Source of the DNA: Kofleriaceae bacterium
GTDB taxonomy: Bacteria; Myxococcota_A; Polyangia; Haliangiales; Haliangiaceae
Assembly (NCBI GenBank): GCA_048500355.1
Contig: JASNYD010000004.1
Span: 128,001 to 192,000, forward strand
DNA: 64,000 nt
Direction: 5' to 3'
The position numbers and the translations under genes are program-made. Below, piece after piece: positions 22,096 to 35,093 of the stretch. A model generated the notes under the pieces. That model worked only from the letters and a program-made list of their open reading frames with translations. It ran no database searches and was not told the DNA's origin. The stretch's first letter is position 1. Each line of letters opens with the position of its first letter.

Positions 22096-23355
22096 CTACT
22101 CGACCTCCAGCCCGGGATCGAGCGTGCTGGTGCCGGGATCGCGGGTGATGATCGCCGTCAGCACCGCGACCACGACCACGCCGGCGACCGTGCCGCCGGC
22201 GGCCTTCACCCAGGGCTCCTGCCACCACGGCCGCGGCGGCGGCGGCGGCGGCCCCACGACGCCCCCGCCGGGCCCCGGCCCGCCGCCGCGCGGTGGCGTG
22301 CGCACGACCGGGCGCAGCGGCGCCACCGCCGCCGCCACGTCGTCGTCGACGGGCCGCGACGGCCCGAGCCCGCCGCGGTCGGTGTAGAGCCGGACCGCCA
22401 GGGCGCCGTCCTCGTCGCGCACGACCACGATGGCGTCGCGCGCGCTGCGGGTGAGGCCGAGCAGCGTGGTGACGGCGTCGATCCGCGCCCGATCGTCGGT
22501 GGCGGCGACCAGGCGATCGCGCGCGCGACCGAGCCGGACCTCGAGCGGCGCCAGCACCGGCGTCAGCTCGACCAGCACCTGGTTGCGGGCCACCGCCTCG
22601 ACCCGCCGGCCCTCGGCGAGGATCGCCTCGCCGCGGACGGTGATGATGTGGGGTCCGGCCGGCACCGCCAGGTTGACCGGCTCGCCGCCAGGCACGACGA
22701 CGCCGTCGACCAGGACCTCGGCGGCGCCCGAGGCCTTGATCTCGAGCCGGCCGGTGGCGCCGGTGACCGCGGCCTCCTCGAAGGCCCGCACGACGTGGGG
22801 CAGGAAGCGACCGGGGTCGAGGGTGCGTCCCGGCGACAGGCGATGGACGAGCATGAACAGCGGCCGCGCCGCCGCCGGCCCGGTCTCGCCGGCCACCGCC
22901 AGCCCCTCGACCAGGACCAGATCGGCGAGCAGCGCGCGGACCTCGGGCTCCCCGGCGAGGCGCGCCAGCCGGTCCTGCGCCGACCGCGCCAGCATCGCGG
23001 CCTGGCGGTAGCCGACCGGCGTGAGCAGCTTCTGCGCCTCGACCAGCGTCTCGCGCTCGACCTGCCACGAGGTGTCGGTGGGTGTAGGCGCCCGCAGCGG
23101 TTGCCGGAAGCGCTCGGCCACCGGCGCCAGGGCCGGATCGGGGCCGAGGTGCTTCTCGATCCGCGCCACCATCCGCGCCCCGGCCTCGGTGGCGGTGGCG
23201 TCGAGCACCAGCACCGGGCGCTCGTCGGACTGGGCCGCGGCCGGCCCCCCGGCCAGCGCGATCGCGACCAGGGCCAGCGCGGACCCGCGCCGCTTCGTGG
23301 CATGGTTCGACGCGCCTCGCGTCACCGCGCTGGCCATGCTTCTACTATAGGCCAC
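22096..23355 (-). CDS. Hypothetical secreted protein with Pro-rich linker and C-terminal TM anchor
   Basis: Signal peptide ALALVAIALAGGPAAAQ, PPPPPPRPWW then TM VAGVVVVAVLTAII. Divergent from the STK gene at 23363. Confidence 0.55.
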   Translation of the reverse strand: MAYSRSMASAVTRGASNHATKRRGSALALVAIALAGGPAAAQSDERPVLVLDATATEAGARMVARIEKHLGPDPALAPVAERFRQPLRAPTPTDTSWQVERETLVEAQKLLTPVGYRQAAMLARSAQDRLARLAGEPEVRALLADLVLVEGLAVAGETGPAAARPLFMLVHRLSPGRTLDPGRFLPHVVRAFEEAAVTGATGRLEIKASGAAEVLVDGVVVPGGEPVNLAVPAGPHIITVRGEAILAEGRRVEAVARNQVLVELTPVLAPLEVRLGRARDRLVAATDDRARIDAVTTLLGLTRSARDAIVVVRDEDGALAVRLYTDRGGLGPSRPVDDDVAAAVAPLRPVVRTPPRGGGPGPGGGVVGPPPPPPRPWWQEPWVKAAGGTVAGVVVVAVLTAIITRDPGTSTLDPGLEVE

Positions 23356-23362
23356 GATCCGG

Positions 23363-25735
23363 ATGGCGGAGGTCCCTCAGAAGAGCCTGGAACGCTACGA
23401 TGTGCTCGACCGCATCGCGGTCGGCGGCATGGCCGAGATCTTCCTGGCCAAGGCCTACGGCGCCCACGGCTTCGAGAAGACCCTCGCGATCAAGCGCATC
23501 CTGCCCGAGCTCGCCCGCGACCCCGAGTTCGAGGAGCGGTTCATCGCCGAGGCCAAGGTCGCGGTCCGGCTGTCGCACACCAACATCGTCCAGGTCTTCG
23601 ACTTCGGCCGCTTCGCCGGGTCGCTGTTCATCGCGATGGAGTACGTGGACGGCCTCGACCTGGCCGCGCTGCTCCGCCGCTACAAGGAGCGCCACGAGCG
23701 CGTGCCCCTGCCCGCCGCGTTCCAGATCGCGATCGAGCTGGCGCGCGGCCTCGACTTCGCCCACTCCCACGGCGTCGTCCATCGCGACGTGTCGCCGTCC
23801 AACATCCTGCTGAGCAAGGCCGGCGAGGTGAAGATCGCCGACTTCGGCATCGCCGTCGCCGCCCAGCCCGAGCGCGTGGTCAGCGGTGGCCGGCGCAAGG
23901 TGATGGGCAAGTGGCGCTACATGTCGCCGGAGCAGGCGCGCGGCGAGCCGCTCGACACCCGCAGCGACATGTTCTCGGCGGCGGCGGTGATGTACGAGCT
24001 GTTCACCGGCGAGAAGCTGTTCCCCGGGGACGAAGCCGAGGACATCATCCGCAACATCCACGACATGCCGCTGCCGCGGCCGTCGGAGGTGCGGCGCGGC
24101 CTGCCGACGCGGCTCGACGACATCCTGCACCTCGCCCTGGCCCGCCGCCCCGGCGACCGCCCGGCACGGCCGGCGGTGCTGGTGCGCGCGCTGACCGAGC
24201 TCACCTACGAGTCGAGCATCGTCACCACCGGGCTCGACGTCGCCGAGGCGGTGTCGTACGTGGTCGAGCTGTCGACGCCCACCGGCAAGCGCCTCGACGA
24301 CATCATCCGCGCCCAGCTCGCGAACGTCGCCGAGTCGACGGCGGCCCGGCAGACCGCGCTCGGCGAGCGCCGCACCGCCGCCGACACCGGCGCGGCGGCC
24401 GCCCCCGGCAGCGGCGACGGCGAGCGCCGCACCGCCGAGGGCAGCCTGCCCGCCGCCGCCGAGCCGCTGACCGCGGTGACGATCATCCAGCGCAAGCGAC
24501 GCACCGGCGCCGAGGAGGCGATCCGCGACGCCGGCCCCGGCGAGGCCCGCGGCCCCGGCGAGGTGGACGACGACGCGGCTCGCGCGCGCGCCGCGAGCGA
24601 GGGCGAGGGCGAGGACGCGGGCGAAGGCGGCGACAGCGGCCCGCCGCTGGCCGGGGTGCCGGTCCTCATCCCCCGGGTCGACTCCGACGGCATCAGCCGC
24701 CTGGATCTCGACGAGACCACGGTGTCGGTGGCGCCGTGGGTGCTGGGGGGCGGCCAGCCTCCGGCGATGCCGCGCAAGCCCGGGCCGGCCGCCACCGTCG
24801 CCGCCGCCGCCGCCGTCGCCGCGACGACGGACCGGGCGGCCGCGGCCGGCGCCGGCGGTGGCGCCGGCGCGTCGATGACGCTCATCACGCGCCGCCCCGG
24901 ATCGCGGCGGGCGCTCGCCGTCGCCGGCCTCGGCGCGGTGGCGGTGGCGGCGGCGGTGGCGGGCGTGCTCGCCGTGCGCGGCGGCGGACGCGGCGGCGCA
25001 CCGCTGGCGACCCGCGCCGACGGCGCCGTGCCCGCAGCGGCCGGGGTCGACGCCGGGGCCCGCGCGGCGGTCGCGCCGTCGATCCTGATCGTCGAGACCG
25101 TCCCGCCGGGCGCCCACGGCACCGCCGGCGGCCTGGCCTTCGGGCCGACCCCGGCGACGCTCCAGCTCCCGGCCGGCGCCGCGCCGCTGCGGCTCGAGCT
25201 GGCCGGCCACGAGCCCTACGTCGACGAGCGGGTCCGCGTCGAGCCCGGGCAGACCCTGCGGCTCCACCTCACGCTCACGCCGGCGCGGGCCCGCCTCGCG
25301 GTCGAGACCGATCCGCCCGAGGTCGACGTCGAGCTCGACGGCGAGGCCCTGGGCAAGACGCCGCTGGTCCGCCGCGACCTGGCGCCGCGCAAGCACGCCC
25401 GCCTGCGCCTGACCCGGACCGGCTACGTGCCGGTGATGGTGCCGGTCGAGCTCCTCGGCGGCGAGGAGGCGCGGGTGTTCCGGGTCCTGCGCGCGGCGCC
25501 GACCCCGACCGGGACGATCACGCTCACCGCCGAGGACGGCGGCGGGCCGAGCTGGGGCGACGTCTACCTGGGCGGCAAGAAGATCGGCGAGGCCGGCGTC
25601 GGCGCGCGCCCGATCAGCCTCCCGGTGGGCAAGCACCGGCTGCGGGTGGTCAACCCGCCGACCGGCAAGGCGGCCACCCTCGACGTCGAGGTCCGCGCCG
25701 ACCAGACCCGGACCTACGCGGCGAGGCTGGAGTGA
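23363..25735 (+). CDS. Ser/Thr protein kinase with C-terminal PEGA domains
   Basis: GGMAEIFLAKA, AIKRILPE, HRDVSPSNILL, DFGIAVA, MSPEQ kinase motifs. C-terminal region with PEGA-like beta-sandwich repeats (VETDPPEVDVELDGEALGKTPL ... RLTRTGYVPVMVPVEL). Confidence 0.9.
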   Translation: MAEVPQKSLERYDVLDRIAVGGMAEIFLAKAYGAHGFEKTLAIKRILPELARDPEFEERFIAEAKVAVRLSHTNIVQVFDFGRFAGSLFIAMEYVDGLDLAALLRRYKERHERVPLPAAFQIAIELARGLDFAHSHGVVHRDVSPSNILLSKAGEVKIADFGIAVAAQPERVVSGGRRKVMGKWRYMSPEQARGEPLDTRSDMFSAAAVMYELFTGEKLFPGDEAEDIIRNIHDMPLPRPSEVRRGLPTRLDDILHLALARRPGDRPARPAVLVRALTELTYESSIVTTGLDVAEAVSYVVELSTPTGKRLDDIIRAQLANVAESTAARQTALGERRTAADTGAAAAPGSGDGERRTAEGSLPAAAEPLTAVTIIQRKRRTGAEEAIRDAGPGEARGPGEVDDDAARARAASEGEGEDAGEGGDSGPPLAGVPVLIPRVDSDGISRLDLDETTVSVAPWVLGGGQPPAMPRKPGPAATVAAAAAVAATTDRAAAAGAGGGAGASMTLITRRPGSRRALAVAGLGAVAVAAAVAGVLAVRGGGRGGAPLATRADGAVPAAAGVDAGARAAVAPSILIVETVPPGAHGTAGGLAFGPTPATLQLPAGAAPLRLELAGHEPYVDERVRVEPGQTLRLHLTLTPARARLAVETDPPEVDVELDGEALGKTPLVRRDLAPRKHARLRLTRTGYVPVMVPVELLGGEEARVFRVLRAAPTPTGTITLTAEDGGGPSWGDVYLGGKKIGEAGVGARPISLPVGKHRLRVVNPPTGKAATLDVEVRADQTRTYAARLE

Positions 25736-26316
25736 CCCGGGCCGCGCTCGCCGCCCTCGGGCTGGCGCTGGCGGCGCTCGCCCTCGCCTGCCGCGCCCCG
25801 GCGCCGGCCGCGCCGCGGCTCGAGAACCGCCCGAGCGGGCCGCTCGACCCCGGCGCCGCCGTGATCGGCGTCCCCAATCAGCGCCTGACCGCGCGCAGCA
25901 TCGCCGACCTCCTGTCGTGGCGCTTCGCCGCCCAGCTCGACGCCGGCACCTTCGTCGCCGAGTACAACGGCACCGAGGACGACCTGCTCGACGAGCTGGA
26001 GAAGATGGGCGTCCACGACCTCCACCAGCTCGCCGCGCTCATCCCGCCCGACTTCGACCATCGCGGCGCGGGCGAGTTCATCCTCGAGGACCCGGCCAAC
26101 ATCCCCGGCCTGGTCCGCGACTTCCTCATGATCCACGACGCCGAGCGCTACTTCCGCGTCGCCTGGCAGGAGCGCTGGCAGTCGATCCTGCCCGCCAACG
26201 TCTCGGCGCTGCGCGCCTACGTCGACGACTTCCAGCCCTTCTACGACGCCCGCGTGCTCACCCCCGAGGAGGTCGCGGACGCCCCTTACCCGGACGGGGC
26301 GCCAGCGCGACCGTGA
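25732..26316 (+). CDS. Hypothetical lipoprotein (GTG start overlapping the kinase stop)
   Basis: LALAALALACRAP lipobox. Aromatic-rich real-looking sequence (WRFAAQLDAGTFVAEYNGTEDDLLDELEKMGVHDLHQL). In frame with the artefactual giant ORF 21916..26316. Confidence 0.55.
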   Translation: MTRAALAALGLALAALALACRAPAPAAPRLENRPSGPLDPGAAVIGVPNQRLTARSIADLLSWRFAAQLDAGTFVAEYNGTEDDLLDELEKMGVHDLHQLAALIPPDFDHRGAGEFILEDPANIPGLVRDFLMIHDAERYFRVAWQERWQSILPANVSALRAYVDDFQPFYDARVLTPEEVADAPYPDGAPARP

Positions 26317-26581
26317 CCTCGCCGCTCACCCGGGTCCGGCACGACAGGCGGACGCGGGTCAGGTGATAGAGGTTGCCGAGGTGGCGCTCCTCCTCGTCGG
26401 TGTAGGGCGACAGGGCGTCGGCGCCGGCCAGGACCTTGACCCGGCACAGCCCGCACGTCCCCTTGCCCACGCAGGCGGTCTCGATGGCGACGCCGGCGGC
26501 CCGCGCCCCGGCGTCGAACAGCGTCGTGCCGTCGGGGCACTCCACGGTCACGCCGGACGGCTCGAAGGTGACCCGGGCCAC
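26258..26581 (-). CDS. 2Fe-2S ferredoxin-like protein
   Basis: C-terminal 107 aa of ORF 26258..28858: VTVECPDGTTLFDAG ... ACVGKGTCGLCRVKV, a 2Fe-2S ferredoxin-type Cys pattern. GTG start at 26581, immediately after the mpg stop. Confidence 0.5.
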   Translation of the reverse strand: MARVTFEPSGVTVECPDGTTLFDAGARAAGVAIETACVGKGTCGLCRVKVLAGADALSPYTDEEERHLGNLYHLTRVRLSCRTRVSGEVTVALAPRPGKGRPRPPRG

Positions 26582-26583
26582 GA

Positions 26584-27213
26584 TCAGCGCCCTCGCCGCG
26601 GCGGCCGCGACACCGCCGGGTGCCCCGCGATCGAGAAGCGCAGGCGGCGCCGCGCCCACGCCCCGGCGTAGTCGACGCCCACCCGCGGCGAGCGCACGAC
26701 CGCGCCCGCCCGCACCTCGTGCCACGCCGCCACGAACAGCTCGTCGGCGTCGAGGCGGACGCCGTGCTGGGCGCGCGACAGCGCCAGCGCGCGGGTCAGC
26801 TTGCCGGGGCCGCGCGCCACCTCCGGATCGTCGGCGAGGCCGGCGAGGGGCGCCGCCGCCCGCACCAGCACCGCGCCGGCCTCGGCGGTCCGCTCGTCGC
26901 GGGCCACGATGTTGAACAGCTCGTGCACGCCGTAGCAAAGGTACACGTAGCTGGTGCCGCTGGCCCCGAACATGACCCGGTTGCGAGGGGTCGGGCCGAA
27001 GCGGGCGTGGGAGGCGCGATCGCGCGGGCCCAGGTAGGCCTCGGTCTCGACGATCACGGCGGCGCGCCCGCGGTGGACCAGCGCGCAGCCGAGCAGCCCG
27101 CGGGCCACCACCTCGGTGTCGCGGGCGAACCAGGTCAGCGGCAGCCGGCGCGCGCGCAGCGCGGCCGTGGCGGGCGCCCCCGGGCCGCCGCGCGTCGTCC
27201 GCCGCGCCGGCAT
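26584..27213 (-). CDS. mpg: DNA-3-methyladenine glycosylase (Mpg/AAG family)
   Basis: [12 protein letters not shown] ... [17 protein letters not shown] ... [27 protein letters not shown], characteristic of the MPG family. Confidence 0.85.
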   Translation of the reverse strand: MPARRTTRGGPGAPATAALRARRLPLTWFARDTEVVARGLLGCALVHRGRAAVIVETEAYLGPRDRASHARFGPTPRNRVMFGASGTSYVYLCYGVHELFNIVARDERTAEAGAVLVRAAAPLAGLADDPEVARGPGKLTRALALSRAQHGVRLDADELFVAAWHEVRAGAVVRSPRVGVDYAGAWARRRLRFSIAGHPAVSRPPRRGR

Positions 27214-27222
27214 CGAGCGCCG

Positions 27223-28845
27223 TCAGCCCGCCCGCCGCCGCGCGCCGATGAGAGCGCGCCGCGACACCGGCGCCGGCGCCGGCGCGGTCGCGGCCCCGGT
27301 GAGCTCGGCCAGGATCGTGCGGGCGACCCCGGCGCCGGTCTCGGCCGCGCCCTCCATGAAGCCCTGGAACTCCTCGGAGGTGTGCTCGCCGCAGAAGTGC
27401 AGGTTGCCGACCCGCGTCCCCTCCTGCCCGCTCAGCGCCCACTGCCCGACGCGGTAGCAGGCGAAGCTGCCCCGGGCCAGCTTGACGCTCGGCCAGTGCA
27501 TGCGCACCGCGGTGCCGGCGTAGGCGGCGGCGGTGCCCGGGAAGAGCTGATCGATCTGCGGCAGCGCCGCCCGCAGCTGCGCGTCGGCGGTGCCGGCGTC
27601 GAGGCCGAGGCCGCGCTTGCCGCCGCAGTAGTTGGTGAGGAGGCCGGCGGCGCCGGGCTGGCCGCGGGCGGTGTCCCAGATGAACTGCAGCCCGTTGTCG
27701 GTGACCGCGGTGCCGGCGGCGTTGTGACGCTCGCGCCACGGCCGGCTGGTGAAGCCGCCCATCAGCTTGCTGTTGGTGCCGTAGCCGAGCTCGGCGATCA
27801 CCTGGCGCTTGAGCGGGGGCAGCTCGAGCTGGACGTCGACCTCGCGCAGGAGCGTGAACGGCAGCGCCAGCACCAGGTGATCGAAGTCGCGCTCGCGGAG
27901 GCCGCCGCCGGCGTCGAGCACGACCCGGAAGCCGCCGCCGCTGCCGGCGCCGATCGCCACCAGGCGCGTGCCCAGGGTCACCGGCCGCTCGAGGCGCTCG
28001 GCCAGGCGGGTCGGGAACAGGTCGTTGCCGCCGCGGGTGTGGAAGCGCTCGTCGGAGTCGCCCAGCAGGTGGAAGTGGTCGGTGCGCTCGAAGTCGATCA
28101 TCGTCAGCAGGTTGAGCGCCGACTGCTCGTCGGCCTCGAGGCCGAACTCGCCGGTGTAGGCCTCGGCCAGGAGCGCGCGCAGCGGCGAGTCCAGGCCCTC
28201 GCGCTCGAGCCAGGCCGCGATGCTGGTCTGGTCGAGAGCGTCGAGGCGCGCCTTGTCGGTATCGGTGCCGGCCATCGCCGCGGCCATGCGGCCGGCGAGC
28301 GGGCGGAAGGCGGCGAGCAGCTCGGCCTCGCCCAGGTGCTTGCCGCCGACCACGATCGCCTCGCGCACGTGGCCGGCCGGCTCGTTGGCGTGGAGATCGA
28401 CGAGCTCGAGGTCGAGGACCCGGGCCAGGGCGTGCATCGTGACGTGGTTCGAGTTGACGAGCTCGCCGCCCAGCTCGGCGACCTGATCGTCGGCGAACTT
28501 GCCGCGGGCCGAGAACATCCGCCCGCCGACCCGCGCGCTGCCCTCGATGACCTCGGCCCGCACGCCGCCCTCCTGCAGGTACCAGGCGCAGGTCAGGCCG
28601 GCCATGCCGCCGCCGATGATGCCGACCCGGGGCGCGCCGCCGCCGGGCCGCGCCGCCCGCGGCCCGCAGCCGGTGGCCAGGAGCGCCGCCGCGCCGGCGC
28701 CGCCGGCGAGCAGCCCGCGCCGACTCAACCCGCGCCGCGCCGCCGCGCGCGCGCGCAGCTCGTCCGGTGGAAGGCCGGTGCGCTCGGTGGCCCAGGCCAG
28801 GCGCAGCGCGCGCTCGATCGACGCAAACAGTGAGGTCCGCCCCAT
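27223..28845 (-). CDS. Flavin-containing amine oxidase (MAO/L-amino-acid-oxidase family), Tat-signal lipoprotein
   Basis: RRGLSRRGLLAGGAGAAALLATGC twin-arginine signal. FAD dinucleotide motif VGIIGGGMAGLTCAW ... GGR. 541 aa from MGRTSLF; the rest of ORF 27223..29793 is an artefactual N-extension. Confidence 0.85.
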   Translation of the reverse strand: MGRTSLFASIERALRLAWATERTGLPPDELRARAAARRGLSRRGLLAGGAGAAALLATGCGPRAARPGGGAPRVGIIGGGMAGLTCAWYLQEGGVRAEVIEGSARVGGRMFSARGKFADDQVAELGGELVNSNHVTMHALARVLDLELVDLHANEPAGHVREAIVVGGKHLGEAELLAAFRPLAGRMAAAMAGTDTDKARLDALDQTSIAAWLEREGLDSPLRALLAEAYTGEFGLEADEQSALNLLTMIDFERTDHFHLLGDSDERFHTRGGNDLFPTRLAERLERPVTLGTRLVAIGAGSGGGFRVVLDAGGGLRERDFDHLVLALPFTLLREVDVQLELPPLKRQVIAELGYGTNSKLMGGFTSRPWRERHNAAGTAVTDNGLQFIWDTARGQPGAAGLLTNYCGGKRGLGLDAGTADAQLRAALPQIDQLFPGTAAAYAGTAVRMHWPSVKLARGSFACYRVGQWALSGQEGTRVGNLHFCGEHTSEEFQGFMEGAAETGAGVARTILAELTGAATAPAPAPVSRRALIGARRRAG

Positions 28846-28928
28846 GGCCGGCGAGCATCGCACGACCGCGCCGACGAGGCGAAATCCCGGCGCCGACCGC
28901 TCGATCCCTCCGGGTCGGCCCGGCCCGA

Positions 28929-29729
28929 TCAGGCCGCGCCCGACAGCAGGAGCTGGTCGCGGTCGATCGCGGCCGCGAGCTCGGCCGTGCGGGGGTGGGC
29001 GGCGACCTCGTCGAGCAGCGCCGCCGCGGCCTCGCGATAGGCCGCCGGCGTCAGCGCCCCCTGCAGCAGGCGGAAGCGCAGGAGCACGAACGCGGTCTGC
29101 ACCACGTCGGCGAGGCAGTAGGCCTGGATGCGGGCGAGCTGGCCGGCTCGGAACAGGCCCTCGACCTGCGAGCCGTCGACGCCGACCTTGCCCGGCAGGC
29201 CGACGAGCCGGGCCACCGCGTCGAGCGACCCCGAGCGGGTCGCGCCGTGATCGGCGAGCCAGTCGCACAGATCGATGTGCCCCTCCTCGGAGTAGCGGTA
29301 GCGCACGCCGCGCTCCTGGTAGTACCAGGCGAGCGGCACCCCGTGACCGAGCGAGCGCAGCGCGATCACCGGCAGGTCGAACGAGCGGCCGTTGAACGTG
29401 ACCAGCACCGGCTTGGCGCGGCCGACGAAGCGCGACAGCTCGACCAGGATGTGACGCTCGTCGGCGCTGTCGCCCGCCGCGCCACCGCCGCGGTCCGACC
29501 CCGCCGGCCGCTCGCTCGCCCCGCCCTCGCCGATCACCCCCATGCGCCGCAGCCGGTAGTCGGCGCCCAGCCACAGGCAGCCGATGACGATGATGCGGTG
29601 GGCCCAGGTCGGCGGGAACGGCGGCTCGGTGCCGAGCGGGACCTCGGGGCGGTGCCAGCGCGGGTCGGGCACGGTCTCGAGGTCGAGGACCAGGTACTCG
29701 GAGGCGCCGGAGCGCGATGCGCGTGCCAC
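28929..29729 (-). CDS. RNase H-like 3'-5' exonuclease (PolB-exonuclease-related, DEDD-like)
   Basis: C-terminal 266 aa of ORF 28929..31505: [11 protein letters not shown] (exo motif I), [22 protein letters not shown] start at 29729. Confidence 0.65.
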   Translation of the reverse strand: MARASRSGASEYLVLDLETVPDPRWHRPEVPLGTEPPFPPTWAHRIIVIGCLWLGADYRLRRMGVIGEGGASERPAGSDRGGGAAGDSADERHILVELSRFVGRAKPVLVTFNGRSFDLPVIALRSLGHGVPLAWYYQERGVRYRYSEEGHIDLCDWLADHGATRSGSLDAVARLVGLPGKVGVDGSQVEGLFRAGQLARIQAYCLADVVQTAFVLLRFRLLQGALTPAAYREAAAALLDEVAAHPRTAELAAAIDRDQLLLSGAA

Positions 29730-29795
29730 GAGTCGCACCGTAGCAAGCCACTGTGATGATTCCCCCTTGCCGCGCCGGGGGGATCGACGACACTC

Positions 29796-31406
29796 TTGGG
29801 TTCGATGCGCCGCCGCCTGCTCGCCACGGTCCTCCTCGCCGCCGCCGCGCTCCTGCCCGCCCCGACGGCCCGCGCCGAGAAGGAGTGCCGGGTCGTCGAG
29901 ACCACGTTCAAGCCGGCCGACAAGCTGCAGCTCGTGGTGTGGCTCGAGGACGCGGCCGGCAACTTCGTGAGCACGCTGTACGTGACCGACGCCGTGGGCC
30001 GCCGCGGCATCGGCAACCGACCCGGGCGCTTCGACTTCAACAGCGGCCCGCGCTGGCCCTACGGCCGCCGCCAGACCGTGTTCCCGGTGTGGGCCCACCG
30101 CCACGGCGACACCTACCCGCAGCTGGTCTTCCAGAACCGCGAGGACTACAACCTGTCGCACCCGTTCTCGCACTCGTCGCAGGAGCACTTCTTCTGCCGG
30201 CCGCTGCGCCCCGACGAGCCGGGCTGGGACACCGGCACCTGCGCGTCGGCGATCTTCACCGACAAGGGCATGTTCGACAGCGTCCAGACCAGCCGCTACC
30301 CGCCGCGCGAGGACATCGCCATGGTCGACGGCGTCGACGACCTGTCGGTGGCCATGTTCGATCAGATGAACCCGCTCGACATGGTCTCGGGCGCGACGCC
30401 GGCCGCCGACCTCCCCTTCAACGTCGTCTGGCCCATCCCGCCCGATCTGCCCCCCGGCGACTACGTGCTCCTCGTCGAGGCCAGCAAGGAGTACGACTTC
30501 AACGCCACGTACAACCCGACGACCTACCCGGAGCCCATCGGCATCCCGTGGGCCGAGTACGGCGAGCCCTACCGCGGCCAGCCGTCGGTGGTGTACCGGG
30601 TCCCGATCGCGATCGGGACCGAGGCGTCGCGCGCGCTGACCTCGAGCTACGCCGGCTACGGTGACCCCGACGGCCAGGACGGCACCCTGCGCTCGCCCGA
30701 CGCCACGATCGACACCACCACGCCAGGCTCCGGGGCCGCCCGCCTGCTGCTCCACAGCGACGGCAGCGACAGCTTCCGGGTGCGGGTCATCGCCCGCCCC
30801 GAGATCGACCTCGCTGACCCCGGCCCGGCCTCGGAGCTGCGAGCGGTCGAGGTCGACCAGCGCAGCGCGCTGTTCACGTTCGTCGCGCCCGGCGACGACG
30901 GCCTGGTCGGCACCGTCACCGGCTACGAGATCCGCTACCGCGCGTCGACCCCGATCACCGAGGACAACTTCGCGCAGAGCTCGCCGCTGGCCCGCGCCGT
31001 CACCCCCGACGAGCCCGGCCAGATCCAGACCTTCGAGCTGACCAACCTCCTGCCCGAGACCACGTACCACGTCGGCGTCCGCGCCTTCGACGACTGCCGG
31101 AACCTCGGCCCCCTGATCACCACGACCTTCACCACCACCGAGCGCGTGGCCGGCGAGGTCGACGCCTGCTTCGTCGCCACCGCCGCCTATGGCACGCCGC
31201 TGGCCAACGAGGTCTCGATGCTGCGCTCGTTCCGCGACGGCATCCTGCGCCAGAGCGTGCTGGGCGAGCTGTTCGTCGAGACCTACTACACGGTGGGCCC
31301 GGCGTTCTCGCACACGATCGATCACTCGGACGTCCTGCGCCACGCCGCCCGCGACGGCCTGGCCCCGCTGGTCGACCTGGTGCGCGGGCTCAAGGTCGAG
31401 GAGTAG
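29796..31406 (+). CDS. Secreted protein with fibronectin-III-like domain and conserved C-terminal CFVATAAYG... module
   Basis: Signal peptide [22 protein letters not shown]3-like segment ([36 protein letters not shown]). C-terminal [24 protein letters not shown], which I recognise as a recurrent C-terminal module in Myxococcota/Chloroflexota proteins. Confidence 0.75.
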   Translation: MGSMRRRLLATVLLAAAALLPAPTARAEKECRVVETTFKPADKLQLVVWLEDAAGNFVSTLYVTDAVGRRGIGNRPGRFDFNSGPRWPYGRRQTVFPVWAHRHGDTYPQLVFQNREDYNLSHPFSHSSQEHFFCRPLRPDEPGWDTGTCASAIFTDKGMFDSVQTSRYPPREDIAMVDGVDDLSVAMFDQMNPLDMVSGATPAADLPFNVVWPIPPDLPPGDYVLLVEASKEYDFNATYNPTTYPEPIGIPWAEYGEPYRGQPSVVYRVPIAIGTEASRALTSSYAGYGDPDGQDGTLRSPDATIDTTTPGSGAARLLLHSDGSDSFRVRVIARPEIDLADPGPASELRAVEVDQRSALFTFVAPGDDGLVGTVTGYEIRYRASTPITEDNFAQSSPLARAVTPDEPGQIQTFELTNLLPETTYHVGVRAFDDCRNLGPLITTTFTTTERVAGEVDACFVATAAYGTPLANEVSMLRSFRDGILRQSVLGELFVETYYTVGPAFSHTIDHSDVLRHAARDGLAPLVDLVRGLKVEE

Positions 31407-31655
31407 CGGGCACCGCCGCACGATCGGGGCGCGGCCGCGGGCGCGGCGGCGTCCCCGGGCACGCGCGGCGCCGCCGGCAGAACTGGCCGCGATCGCTGGG
31501 ATCACGCCCGGTCCCGAAAATCTGGGGCCAGGAGGTGGCGACGGCGCGGCCGCCTGGGCTACCGTCCGTCGCGACGCGCGAGGTCATTCGCCCGCGCAAA
31601 CCCACGGTGGCCCGGCACGCGCCGCGGCCGCGAATCGAAAGCGAAGGAGACCCCG

Positions 31656-31847
31656 ATGCGTACCCTGAAGGTTGCCGTTCTCGCCCTGAGCCTCGCCGTG
31701 TTCGCCGTCGGCTGCGGCAAGAAGAAGGACCCCGCGGCCCCCGCGCCCGACACCAGCTCCGACACCTCGGGTGACCCGTGCGGCGGCGGCGAGGGCGACC
31801 CGTGCGGCGATCCGTGCGGCGCCGACCCGTGCGGCGGCGACGAGTGA
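31656..31847 (+). CDS. Small lipoprotein with (DPCG)n Cys-rich repeat tail
   Basis: MRTLKVAVLALSLAVFAVGCGKKK lipobox, then DPCGGGEGDPCGDPCGADPCGGDE. Strong GGAGA Shine-Dalgarno 7 nt upstream. Rho-independent terminator downstream. Confidence 0.7.
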   Translation: MRTLKVAVLALSLAVFAVGCGKKKDPAAPAPDTSSDTSGDPCGGGEGDPCGDPCGADPCGGDE

Positions 31848-31902
31848 TCGTCCGCTAGCGCACGCCTCGGGGTAGGGCGCGGCCGTCCGCGCCACCCACA
31901 TG

Positions 31903-31938
31903 ACGGGCAGGTCCTCGCGGCCTGCCCGTCGTGTTTTT
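31903..31938 (+). terminator. Rho-independent terminator (GC stem GACGGGCAGG/CCTGCCCGTC followed by GTGTTTTT)
   Basis: The hairpin plus T-run is rare in this GC-rich sequence. It lies between the small lipoprotein gene and the convergent boxB stop. Confidence 0.55.
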
Positions 31939-31974
31939 CGGCGACCCCGGCGCCCGCGCCCCGCCGCGCCGCGA

Positions 31975-33387
<1,413 letters not shown>

Positions 33388-33431
33388 CGTTCCCTCGCTG
33401 CGTGAGTCGGTCGCGGTGGATCGGGGCGCGC

Positions 33432-35066
<1,635 letters not shown>

Positions 35067-35093
35067 GGGGCCAGGATCTAGCGTGGCCGGGAC

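Noticed and set aside
21916-26316. 1466-aa plus-strand ORF spanning 21.9-26.3 kb
   Set aside because: Its frame coincides with real coding only in the final 195 aa (the lipoprotein from 25732). The remainder is Arg/Gly/Pro-rich artefact overlapping the minus-strand genes and the kinase in other frames.
26258-26581. 2Fe-2S ferredoxin as the missing BoxA reductase
   Set aside because: BoxA is ~420 aa with two 4Fe-4S clusters plus an FAD/NADPH domain. This is a 107-aa plant-type ferredoxin 5 kb away in a different operon.
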